Source of the DNA: Alphaproteobacteria bacterium
GTDB lineage: Bacteria; Pseudomonadota; Alphaproteobacteria; UBA828
NCBI GenBank assembly: GCA_965214705.1
Contig: OZ243972.1
Location: 896,001 to 960,000 of the forward strand
Reading direction: 5' to 3'
Length of the DNA stretch: 64,000 nucleotides
Shown here one piece after another: positions 1 to 8,560 of the stretch; positions within the stretch are counted from its first letter, which is position 1; each line of letters begins with the position of its first letter. The notes under the pieces were generated by a model. That model saw only the letters and a program-made list of their open reading frames with translations. It searched no databases and had not been told where the DNA came from. The position numbers were made by a program, and so were the translations under genes.

Positions 1-1310
1 TAGGTGCCGTTGCGCCATGCGAAGCGCCGCGGCGGCCGTCCCGCCTCCAGCGGGCGCACCGGTTCGGGCGGTACGAACAGGCGCACCGGCCGGCTCCTCG
101 GCGTGCGCGTCCAGATTTCTTCGCCGCCAGTGGCCGCCTCGACCGTGTCGAACTCCCGCTCCGGCAGGTGACTCTCGCGGGCCGCAAAGCGGCGGACCCG
201 GTCGAACCCCAAACTGTTCCCGAGCGTCGAGACGATGCGGTCCAGCGCCTCCCCGGACCCGGCGTTGGGGCCCATGACGGTCTGGACCGGACGGATCGGC
301 TCCACATCCTCGGCGGCCAACCGCAAACGGTCGGCTCCATACTCGATCCTGAGGCGGCCGAGCGGATGAGAGAACTGCTCGAGGATCGGCTTGACGGCGG
401 CGCAGGGACGGGCGAAACCGATCCTGATCTCATGATCGCCGCTATCGACGCAGCGCAGCGTGAGCACGAACCGCCGCGCGCCCGTGGCGTCCGCCCTCAA
501 CCGTTCGCAGACCGACTCCGCGAGCCGCGCGACGACCCGCTCCAGGTCGTCCTGCAGTCCGATCGGCTCGGGCAGCGTCATCCGCGCTGCATAAACGGCG
601 GCCGGTTTCAACGGCGCGAACGGCTCCGGTGTCTGCCCGAGCGCGGCCGCGAGCGACCGGGCCGTCTCGATCCCGAACCGGCGCGCGAGTTGCGCGGACT
701 CAATCTCGTAGAGCTGGCCGATGGACTCGAGTCCGACGCGGCGCAGATCGCCCGCGACCCGCAGCGGCAGATCGAGGCCGGCCACGGGCAGCGGGCTCAG
801 CGCGTCGGCCGTCCCGCCGGGCGCAGCGATCACCACTCGAGCGCCTGCCCAACGCGCCAGCGCGCGGGCCGCGCCCTTCGTGTCGGCGATTCCGACCCGG
901 GATTCAATATTCAGCGCGCCGAGAAGCTCGCGGCAATGGGCGCCCATTGCCGCCTCGCCCCCGAAGAGATGGGCGCAGCCCGAAATGTCCAGCAGCAGCC
1001 CGTCCGGCCCGTCGAGCGCCACCCTGGGCGAGAGGCGGTCGGCCCAGCGGACGAGCGCCGTCAGCAACGCCTGTTCGCGCATGACGTCCGCGGGCTCGGT
1101 CGCGAGGTCCGGGCAGATCGCCCGGGCATCGGCCAGGCTCAGCCCGACGTCGACGCCGGCGGCCTTCGCCGGCGCCGACACATGCGTTACGCGCCACGCA
1201 TTCCCGGTCTCGGCGACGATCGCGAACGCGCCTTCCGTGCGCGGATCGCCGAGCCGCACGAGCCGGTCAAACGGAAGTTGGGGTAGCCAAATGCAGAGCA
1301 CCCGGCCCAT
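1..1310 (-). CDS. imuB: ImuB, catalytically inactive Y-family DNA polymerase-like protein (partial, runs off the left edge)
   Basis: Absent from the ORF track, consistent with no stop codon before the window edge. Manual translation from ATG at 1310 gives MGRVLCIWLPQLPFDRL...GLSLADARAICPDL...WADRLSPRVALDGPDGLLLDISGCAHLFGGE, a typical ImuB N-terminus. Overlaps the end of imuA. Confidence 0.9.
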   Translation of the reverse strand, partial: MGRVLCIWLPQLPFDRLVRLGDPRTEGAFAIVAETGNAWRVTHVSAPAKAAGVDVGLSLADARAICPDLATEPADVMREQALLTALVRWADRLSPRVALDGPDGLLLDISGCAHLFGGEAAMGAHCRELLGALNIESRVGIADTKGAARALARWAGARVVIAAPGGTADALSPLPVAGLDLPLRVAGDLRRVGLESIGQLYEIESAQLARRFGIETARSLAAALGQTPEPFAPLKPAAVYAARMTLPEPIGLQDDLERVVARLAESVCERLRADATGARRFVLTLRCVDSGDHEIRIGFARPCAAVKPILEQFSHPLGRLRIEYGADRLRLAAEDVEPIRPVQTVMGPNAGSGEALDRIVSTLGNSLGFDRVRRFAARESHLPEREFDTVEAATGGEEIWTRTPRSRPVRLFVPPEPVRPLEAGRPPRRFAWRNGT

Positions 1311-1830
1311 GGTCACTCTCCCGGCAGTCGATCCGCCACGCGCCCGTCTTCCCGCCCTTGTCCTTGATGAGCCGCAAGGTCCACGATCCGTCGTCCGATG
1401 CCTCGCAGAGCCAGCGGGTCTGGGCCGCGGAGGCTTGCGGTTGTCCCGAGATCAGAGCCAGGCCAAGGCCGCCGCCCTTTTCGGCGGCGATCTGCAGGCG
1501 GCGGCTTTCGCGCAGGTCCGGACCGCGCTCCAATTCGAAGATCACGCAAGACACGCCCGGCCGCCGCAGCACCTCCTCGGCAGCCCACAGTATCTCCGTC
1601 CGTGTCGCGGCGGCGACGAGCAGCAGCCGCGCCGGATCGATGAACTTCTGCAGGCCCGTCGGTGCGAGCGACCCGACGCCGCGCGCCAGCCCGATCCAGA
1701 TCACCGGCCCCGCCATGTGCGCGGCCATCGCGGCAGCGAAGCCGTCGGCCGCGTCGCCGACGGCCTCGTGGAGACGGCCCAAGACCAACTCGAACCGGTC
1801 CGCGCTTCCTATGACGCCATCACTCTTCAC
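1267..1830 (-). CDS. imuA: ImuA, RecA/SulA-like mutasome accessory protein
   Basis: LGRLHE...VIWIG...ILWAAEEVLR...ESRRLQIAAEKGG...SAAQTRW motifs; directly upstream of imuB. GTG start at 1830 chosen because a GGGAGAGG SD precedes it and it lies downstream of the LexA box. Confidence 0.85.
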   Translation of the reverse strand: MKSDGVIGSADRFELVLGRLHEAVGDAADGFAAAMAAHMAGPVIWIGLARGVGSLAPTGLQKFIDPARLLLVAAATRTEILWAAEEVLRRPGVSCVIFELERGPDLRESRRLQIAAEKGGGLGLALISGQPQASAAQTRWLCEASDDGSWTLRLIKDKGGKTGAWRIDCRESDHGPGALHLATPTSV

Positions 1831-1890
1831 GAAAAACCCTCTCCCAATGCCGCGTTCGGCCGCTCCTTCCCGGATCGTCCCGCGCCGAAT

Positions 1891-1905
1891 GTTCTTATTA
1901 CGTTC
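1891..1905. promoter_or_regulatory. Alphaproteobacterial LexA (SOS) box GTTC-N7-GTTC
   Basis: GTTCTTATTACGTTC is an exact GTTC-N7-GTTC direct repeat about 60 bp upstream of the imuA start. Confidence 0.9.
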
Positions 1906-2067
1906 TCTAGGCGCGCACAAAGTCAAGGCGTTCGATGGGAGGAGGCCACTGCCATTCTCCTGGACTGGCTTCCGAACCATGGGCGTCATGCCCGCCGGTA
2001 GACGCTCATTGACTGCGCCGCCGGCGCCGGCCCCGTCTCCTCCGCACCCGCCGACGTTGCGCCAGCC

Positions 2068-2760
2068 TCAGTTGCAGGCGACGGCCTCGATGCAGCGCGG
2101 ATCGTCGTTTGCCGTTCTGTTCACCCGGGTACTGACGGGGCGCAGAGTCATCGCCTCGGGCGGATACGGGCCAAGCGGCACCGCCTCTCCGGCGAGCCAC
2201 GGACCGAACGCCTCCGGGAACAGGATCACCGGCATACGGTCGTGAACAGGAGCCACCGCGTCATTCGCGGTCGTGGTGAGAATGGTGCAGGTCTCGATCT
2301 CCACGCCCGCGTCCGTTTCTGCGAGCCATCCCTTGCCTTCGATCCCCTCGGGCACGGTCCAGCGTTCCCACAGACCGGCGAACGCGAAAATCGCGCCGCC
2401 CGTGAGCCCGAACAGCCAGGGCTGTTTCGTCCCCGCCCTATCTTCCCACTCGTAAAAGCCGTCGGCCGGGATCAGGCAGCGGCGCGCGCGGAAGGCGGCG
2501 CGGAACGCCGGCTTCGTACCGGCGGTTTCGGCGCGGGCATTGATGAGCCTGTAGCCAATGTTCGGCTCCCTGGCCCAGGACAGGATCAGACCCCATCGCA
2601 GCAACGAAAGCCGGCGCTTACCCTCGCACAGCCGCACCGCCGCGATGTCCTGCCCGGGCGCGACGTTGTAGCGCGGCCGCAGGTTCCGGGCCGGGCCGGT
2701 CAGGCTGAGAAATGCGTGGATTTCCTGCCACGCGTAGCTTTGTGTGAATCGACCGCACAT
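2068..2760 (-). CDS. yedK: SOS response-associated peptidase (SRAP/YedK/HMCES family, abasic-site crosslinking protein)
   Basis: The real start is MCGRF at 2760 (N-terminal catalytic Cys). Also RYNVAP, LINARAET, RRCLIPADGFYEW and VHDRMPVIL. Confidence 0.93.
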   Translation of the reverse strand: MCGRFTQSYAWQEIHAFLSLTGPARNLRPRYNVAPGQDIAAVRLCEGKRRLSLLRWGLILSWAREPNIGYRLINARAETAGTKPAFRAAFRARRCLIPADGFYEWEDRAGTKQPWLFGLTGGAIFAFAGLWERWTVPEGIEGKGWLAETDAGVEIETCTILTTTANDAVAPVHDRMPVILFPEAFGPWLAGEAVPLGPYPPEAMTLRPVSTRVNRTANDDPRCIEAVACN

Positions 2761-2963
2761 TCGATCCAATTGCGTCGACAGTGTGGCTGGTCGCGAAGCA
2801 CCACTCTCCGCTGGGTTGGACACCAGTCCGTCCAATCCGGTCATCCCGGCCACCATCACGCCTGCAACCCGGCTGGACGACTCCCTCCTCTCGGACGGCC
2901 CGGCGCTTCGGTTGCACCGCCCCACTTGGGCCCGCAAATCCCTCTGCACTGCGCGCCCCGGCT

Positions 2964-2990
2964 TATCGGTGAGCCATATCGGTGAGCCAT
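2964..2990 (+). repeat. Perfect 13-bp tandem duplication (TATCGGTGAGCCA x2) upstream of the P450
   Basis: Read directly: TATCGGTGAGCCA TATCGGTGAGCCA T. Confidence 0.85.
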
Positions 2991-3044
2991 GGCTTCGTTT
3001 GTATCCTCTGGCCGAACGGACCGGGGTGACGGAGAATGGTCTCA

Positions 3045-4472
3045 ATGATGCGAACGGAGCACACGGTGAAGACCCTTCGCGATCTCCCGGGCCCTGGAGG
3101 ATTGCCCGTGCTGGGCAACCTGCACCGGATCCGTTTCGACCGGCTGCACCTGACCCTGGAAGAGTGGGCCGCGCAGTACGGCCCCATGTTCAGACTCCGC
3201 ATCGGGCCACACTGCATCGCTGTGATCTCGGACCGCTCGGCCATCCAACGCATCCTGGTTCAGCGTCCCGAGGGCTTCCGGCGCACCACCGCCCTTGCGG
3301 CAGTCGCCACGGAAATGCGCCTGAACGGCGTCTTCGCGGCCGAGGGAGAGGACTGGCGGCGTCAGCGCCGCATGGTGGTAGAGGCCCTGAACCGGGCCAA
3401 GCTCGAGACCTTCTTCCCGACGCTGGCTGTGACGGTCGGCCGGCTGCAACGGCGCTGGGAGGGGGCGGCGGAAACAGCACAGACCGTGGACCTCTGTGGC
3501 GACCTGATGCGCTTCACCGTCGACGTCACCATGCAGCTCGCCTTCGGTATCGATGCCAACACGCTGGAGACATCGGGTCCGGTGATCCAGCGCCATCTCG
3601 ACAAGGTCTTTCCGGTGCTGCACCGGCGGGTGAACGCCGCCTTCCCGTATTGGCGCTACGTCCGACTGCCTTCGGACCGGGCGCTCGACCGCGCATTGGC
3701 CGCCCTAGAGGACGAGGTGCGCGCCATGGTCCGGGCCACCCGCGAGCGCATGGCGGCAGAGCCCGAGCGCTACCAGGCACCCGCGAACTTTCTGGAGGCC
3801 ATCCTGGCGGCTGTGGAGGCAGAGGAATCGGGCTTCTCGGATGCGGAGATCTTCGCCAACGCGGGCACGCTGCTGCTGGCGGGCGAGGACACCACCGCCA
3901 ACAGCATCTCCTGGGCCGTTCACTTTTTCATCGAGTATGGGGAGCACTTCGAGCGGGCGCGCGCCGAGGTCGACGCGCTGGTTGCGCCAGATCCGGCCAT
4001 CGCAAAGCTGGAGCAGACCAAGGAGCTTCCCTTCCTCGACGCGTTTTGCCACGAGGCAATGCGCCTGAAGCCAGTCGCGCCGCTCCATGTATTGGAGCCC
4101 ATAGCCGACGTTACGATCCTCGACTGCCTGATCCCGAAGGGGACACCGCTGATGCTGCTGGTCCGGCGCATGGCAACCCGGGATGAGAACTTCGGCGAAG
4201 GCTCCTGCTTCAATCCCGAGCGCTGGCTTGTTCCGTCCGAGGAGAGGCGCTTCCAACACGATCACCGCGCCTTCGTTCCTTTCGGGGCCGGCCCGCGCCT
4301 TTGCCCCGGACGAAGTCTCGCCCTGGTCCAGATCCGCACGGTGCTGGCCATGCTGTGCCGGAACTTCGAGGTCGAGCCGGTGAACACCGGCGACGAGGTG
4401 AAGGAGCACCTGGCGTTCACGATGATGCCGGCCAACCTGTCGGTGCGCTTCAGACGAAGGATGCTCACCTGA
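3045..4472 (+). CDS. Cytochrome P450
   Basis: N-terminal PGPGGLPVLGNL proline motif, I-helix AGEDTTA, ExxR (EAMR), NPERW and heme motif FGAGPRLCPG. Start could be 3036, 3045 or 3048. Confidence 0.95.
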   Translation: MMRTEHTVKTLRDLPGPGGLPVLGNLHRIRFDRLHLTLEEWAAQYGPMFRLRIGPHCIAVISDRSAIQRILVQRPEGFRRTTALAAVATEMRLNGVFAAEGEDWRRQRRMVVEALNRAKLETFFPTLAVTVGRLQRRWEGAAETAQTVDLCGDLMRFTVDVTMQLAFGIDANTLETSGPVIQRHLDKVFPVLHRRVNAAFPYWRYVRLPSDRALDRALAALEDEVRAMVRATRERMAAEPERYQAPANFLEAILAAVEAEESGFSDAEIFANAGTLLLAGEDTTANSISWAVHFFIEYGEHFERARAEVDALVAPDPAIAKLEQTKELPFLDAFCHEAMRLKPVAPLHVLEPIADVTILDCLIPKGTPLMLLVRRMATRDENFGEGSCFNPERWLVPSEERRFQHDHRAFVPFGAGPRLCPGRSLALVQIRTVLAMLCRNFEVEPVNTGDEVKEHLAFTMMPANLSVRFRRRMLT

Positions 4473-4921
4473 TCCACAAGTTCGAGACGCTGGCAGCAGG
4501 CTGGCCGATCCAGTACGGACCTACCTGCCGTCTTCGATAACTGTCCACGTAACCGTTCGCTCAAACCGTGATGGCCCGGTTGGGCGGAAGCAGCGAACGG
4601 CCGCAATGGCCGGAAATAGGCCGGCTGCCCGCTCCGACGCCACCCGCCGGCCGGACGATTCCACGGCCTGAACGAACATTTACCTGTCCACCATGTGGGG
4701 GGGCCGACGGAAGTTGGAATGAGTCCTCTTTCAGTTTGATTACAAGGGTTTGACATGACAAGCGTGGAGATTGGGGCGGTGGAAAATAATGGCGTAAAAA
4801 CATCATGTTATGTGCTGGTCGCACATATGACAGTGGGCGGGGTGTTAGAACTGGTGAGAAAAGCGGGAGAACACCCGCCCGCCGCAGGCTGGATATTCGC
4901 CAGGGCAGGCACTATGTAGTG

Positions 4922-4936
4922 TGCTGCGGCGCAGCA
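4922..4936. promoter_or_regulatory. Palindromic operator TGCTGC-N3-GCAGCA (PhaR-like) upstream of the thiolase
   Basis: TGCTGCGGCGCAGCA about 30 bp upstream of the thiolase ATG; matches the CTGC-N3/4-GCAG type site described for alphaproteobacterial PhaR. Confidence 0.5.
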
Positions 4937-4967
4937 TTGGCGCGCCGAAGCCGGGAGAACACTGAGC

Positions 4968-6155
4968 ATGATGGATGATCCGATCGTCATCGTCGGCATG
5001 GCGCGCACGCCCATGGGCGGGTTTCAGGGTGCATTGAAGGACGCGCGGGCGCCCGAGCTGGGCTCCGCCGCGATCGAAGCGGCGCTGAACCGCGCGGGCA
5101 TCGCTGCCGACGAGGTCGACGAGGTCATCATGGGCAACATCCTCTCGGCGGGTCAGGGGCAGGCGCCGGCGCGCCAGGCCTCCATCGGCGCCGGCATCCC
5201 TGAGGCCGTCGGCTGCACCACCATCAACAAGATGTGCGGCTCCGGCATGAAGGCCACCATGTTTGCGCACGACCTGATCGCGGCCGGCTCCGGCGATATT
5301 GTCGTCGCCGGCGGCATGGAGAGCATGACCAACGCGCCCTACCTGCTGGATCGCGCGCGCAGCGGCTACCGCATGGGCCACGGCAAGGTGCAGGACCATA
5401 TGTTCCTCGACGGCCTGGAGGACGCCTACGACAAGGGCAAGCTGATGGGCCACTTCGCCGAGGAGACGGCGCGCACCTATCAGTTCACCCGCGAGCAGCA
5501 GGACGAGTTCGCCATCACCTCGCTCACCCGCGCGAAGACGGCGATCGAGGACGGCTCCTTCGACGGCGAGGTGACGCCGGTCACGGTCAAGCACCGCAAG
5601 GGCGAGACGGTGGTGGACCGGGACGAGCAGCCGCTCACCGCCGACCTCGACAAGATCCCGACGCTGCGACCGGCCTTCGCCAAGGACGGCTCGGTGACCG
5701 CCGCGAACTCCAGCTCGATCTCGGACGGCGGCGCCGCGCTGGTACTAATGCGTCGCTCCGAGGCCGAGCGGCGCGGGCTCACGCCGGTCGCGGTCATTCA
5801 TGGCCACGCGACGCACGCGCAGGCGCCCGCCTGGTTCACCACCGCGCCGGGGCCGGCGCTCCGCAAGCTGTTCGAGAAGGTGGGCTGGGACGCGGAAGAC
5901 GTGGACCTCTACGAGATCAACGAGGCCTTCGCGGTCGTCACCATGGCGGCCATGCGCGATCTCGACCTCGACCACGACAAGGTGAACGTGCACGGCGGGG
6001 CCTGCGCTCTCGGCCATCCGGTCGGCGCCTCCGGCGCGCGCATCATCATCACCCTGCTGGCGGCGCTGGAGAAATACGGCCTCGACAAGGGAGCGGCGGC
6101 GCTCTGCATCGGCGGCGGCGAGGCCACGGCGTTGGCCGTCGAGCGCCTGCACTAA
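4968..6155 (+). CDS. Acetyl-CoA acetyltransferase (thiolase)
   Basis: NKMCGSGM (catalytic Cys), NEAF, GHPVGASG and CIGGG motifs. Confidence 0.96.
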   Translation: MMDDPIVIVGMARTPMGGFQGALKDARAPELGSAAIEAALNRAGIAADEVDEVIMGNILSAGQGQAPARQASIGAGIPEAVGCTTINKMCGSGMKATMFAHDLIAAGSGDIVVAGGMESMTNAPYLLDRARSGYRMGHGKVQDHMFLDGLEDAYDKGKLMGHFAEETARTYQFTREQQDEFAITSLTRAKTAIEDGSFDGEVTPVTVKHRKGETVVDRDEQPLTADLDKIPTLRPAFAKDGSVTAANSSSISDGGAALVLMRRSEAERRGLTPVAVIHGHATHAQAPAWFTTAPGPALRKLFEKVGWDAEDVDLYEINEAFAVVTMAAMRDLDLDHDKVNVHGGACALGHPVGASGARIIITLLAALEKYGLDKGAAALCIGGGEATALAVERLH

Positions 6156-6165
6156 GGCGCGGACG

Positions 6166-6765
6166 ATGGCGGGCGCGCGCGAGACCATACCGGCCCGTCG
6201 CGGACGGGCTGTCAGGCTCCGCGCCGGCGAGCAACTTCGCCTCATCAACACCCACGGCACCCAGGTGGTGGACACCTGGGCCTTCAACGCGGGCGACATG
6301 GCCGAGTGCATGTCGATGGAGCATTCCCGCGTCGCCATCGGCGGCGTCTTCCCCAAGCCCGGCGATACCATGGTCACCAACAAGCGCCGGCCCATCCTCA
6401 CCCTCGTGGAGGACACCTCGCCCGGCATCCACGACACGCTGATCGCCGCCTGCGACCGCTGGCGCTACATGCTGCTGGGCGCAGGCGACGATCACGACAA
6501 TTGCGAAGACAACCTGCACGCCGCGCTGGCGGCGCTGGGCCTCAAAGCGCCGAAGACACCCTCGCCCTGGAACATGTGGATGAACATCCCGGTGGGCGAG
6601 GGCGGCTTGGTCTCCTTCGAGCCGGGCGTGGCGAGCCCCGGCGACTACGTCGTGCTGCAGGCGGAGATGGACCTAGTGCTCGCCTTCTCCTGCTGCCCGC
6701 AGGACATCCTCCCCATCAACGGCGTCGCGTGTAATCCGGTGGACGCCGCCTACGAGCGGCTCTGA
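6166..6765 (+). CDS. DUF1989 / urea carboxylase-associated family protein
   Basis: GTQVVDTWAF, HDTLIAACD, HDNCEDN, WMNIPV, PGDYVVLQAEMD and SCCPQD motifs. Confidence 0.85.
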   Translation: MAGARETIPARRGRAVRLRAGEQLRLINTHGTQVVDTWAFNAGDMAECMSMEHSRVAIGGVFPKPGDTMVTNKRRPILTLVEDTSPGIHDTLIAACDRWRYMLLGAGDDHDNCEDNLHAALAALGLKAPKTPSPWNMWMNIPVGEGGLVSFEPGVASPGDYVVLQAEMDLVLAFSCCPQDILPINGVACNPVDAAYERL

Positions 6766-6776
6766 GGGCCAAGGCC

Positions 6777-7928
6777 ATGGCAGGGAACGGCATCTTCCTC
6801 ACCGACGAGCAGCGGATGGTCCGCGACATGGCGCGCGACTTCGCTGCCAACGAGCTCGCCCCCCATGCCGGCCGGTGGGACCTGAACGGCGGCTACCCCG
6901 ACGACATCCTCCCACGCATGGGCCGGCTCGGGCTCATGGGGATGCTGGTGCCGCCGGAGTGGGACGGCGCCGGCGCGGACCACGTGGCCTACGCGCTCGC
7001 CATGGAAGAGATCGCCGCCGGCGACGTGGGCACGTCCACGGCCATGAGCGTGAACAACTCGCTGGTCTGCGCGGGCATTCTCAGGGGCGGCTCCGAAGAG
7101 CAGAAGGAGCGCTTCCTGCGCCCGCTCGCGCGCGGCGACATGCTGGGCTGCTTCTGCCTGACCGAACCGCAGGCGGGCTCGGATGCCTCCAACCTGCGCA
7201 CCCGCGCGGTGGCGGACGGCAACGGCTACCGGCTGAGCGGCACCAAGCAGTTCGTCTCCAGCGGCTCCAGGGCGGACCTTGCAATGGTCTTCGCCGTGAC
7301 CGATCCGGATGCCGGCAAGAAGGGGATCAGCTGCTTCCTGGTTCCGACGGAGACGGAGGGCTACACGGTCGCGAGCCACGAGACCAAGATGGGCCAGCGC
7401 GCCCACGACACCTGCCAGATCGTCTTCGAGGACGTGCGGCTCACCCCCGACCTGATGCTGGGCGAGCCGGGGCAGGGCTATGCCATCGCGCTCGGCAATC
7501 TCGAAGGCGGCCGCATCGGGGTCGCAGCCCAGGCGACGGGCGCCATGCGCGCGGCCTACGAGGCTGCGCTCGACTACGCCAGGGAACGCACGAGCTTCGG
7601 CAAGCCGCTGATCGAGCATCAGGCGGTAGGCTTCCGCCTCGCCGACATGGCGACGGAGATCGAGGCGTCGCGGCTCTTGACGCTGCAGGCCGCGCGGCTG
7701 CGGGATGCCGGCGAGCCCTGCCTGAAGGAAGCCTCGATGGCCAAGCTCTTCGCTTCGGAGACCGCCGAGAGGGTCTGCTCCAAGGCGATCCAGACGTTAG
7801 GCGGCTACGGCTACCTGAGCGACTTCCCGGTGGAGCGCATCTATCGCGACCAGCGGGTCTGCACCATTTACGAGGGCACGAGCGACGTGCAGCGGCTGGT
7901 GATCAGCCGGGCGCTCGCGCGGGAGTAA
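6777..7928 (+). CDS. Short/branched-chain acyl-CoA dehydrogenase
   Basis: CLTEPQAGSDA, GTKQFVS, RTSFGKPL, GGYGYLSDFPVERIYRD and IYEGTSDVQ. Confidence 0.95.
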   Translation: MAGNGIFLTDEQRMVRDMARDFAANELAPHAGRWDLNGGYPDDILPRMGRLGLMGMLVPPEWDGAGADHVAYALAMEEIAAGDVGTSTAMSVNNSLVCAGILRGGSEEQKERFLRPLARGDMLGCFCLTEPQAGSDASNLRTRAVADGNGYRLSGTKQFVSSGSRADLAMVFAVTDPDAGKKGISCFLVPTETEGYTVASHETKMGQRAHDTCQIVFEDVRLTPDLMLGEPGQGYAIALGNLEGGRIGVAAQATGAMRAAYEAALDYARERTSFGKPLIEHQAVGFRLADMATEIEASRLLTLQAARLRDAGEPCLKEASMAKLFASETAERVCSKAIQTLGGYGYLSDFPVERIYRDQRVCTIYEGTSDVQRLVISRALARE

Positions 7929-7932
7929 GGCG

Positions 7933-8535
7933 ATGAGCGACAGTCTCGACTTCTATTTCGATTTCTCGTCGCCCTACGGCTACCTCGCGTCCGAGCGCAT
8001 CGACGGGATTGCGGCGAAGCACGGGCGGGGCGTCACCTGGCGGCCGATGCTGCTGGGCGCCGTGTTCCAGAAGATCGGCGGCAGCCCCCTGGTCAACCAG
8101 CCGATGAAGGGGCCTTACTCACAGCACGACATGCTGCGCTCGGCGCGCCTCCACGGCATTGCCTTCAATGTCCCCGACAACTTCCCGGTCAACAGCATCG
8201 CCGCCTGCCGCGCCTACTACTGGATGGCGGATGGCGACGCCGCAACGGCGCACCACTTCGCCCAGGCGCTCTATCGCGGCTACTTCGTCGAGAACCGCGA
8301 TCTGAGCCAGCCGGAGACGGTGGTCGCGGCGGCGCAGGCGCTCGGCGTGGACGGCGATGCACTGGTCGCGGCAGTTCAGGATCAGGCGATCAAAGATCGG
8401 CTCCGCGTCGAGAACGATGCCGCGCTCGATCGCGGCGTCTTCGGCTCGCCCACCGTCTTCGTCGGCGACGAGATGTTCTGGGGCCACGACCGGCTGGAGC
8501 AGATCGACCGCTGGCTCGAAACCGGCGGCTGGTAG
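7933..8535 (+). CDS. 2-hydroxychromene-2-carboxylate isomerase / kappa-class GST (DsbA-like fold)
   Basis: FYFDFSSPYGY, WRPMLLG, GVFGSP and FWGHDRL. Confidence 0.9.
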   Translation: MSDSLDFYFDFSSPYGYLASERIDGIAAKHGRGVTWRPMLLGAVFQKIGGSPLVNQPMKGPYSQHDMLRSARLHGIAFNVPDNFPVNSIAACRAYYWMADGDAATAHHFAQALYRGYFVENRDLSQPETVVAAAQALGVDGDALVAAVQDQAIKDRLRVENDAALDRGVFGSPTVFVGDEMFWGHDRLEQIDRWLETGGW

Positions 8536-8560
8536 CTATCGAAAGGGGCGTGCGACCGGA

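Noticed and set aside
4787-4818. Possible dif (XerCD) site: TAATGGCGTAA...TTATGTGCTGG
   Set aside because: A TTATG half-site is present, but the spacing to the plausible left arm is 10 bp rather than 6-8 bp; too weak to call.
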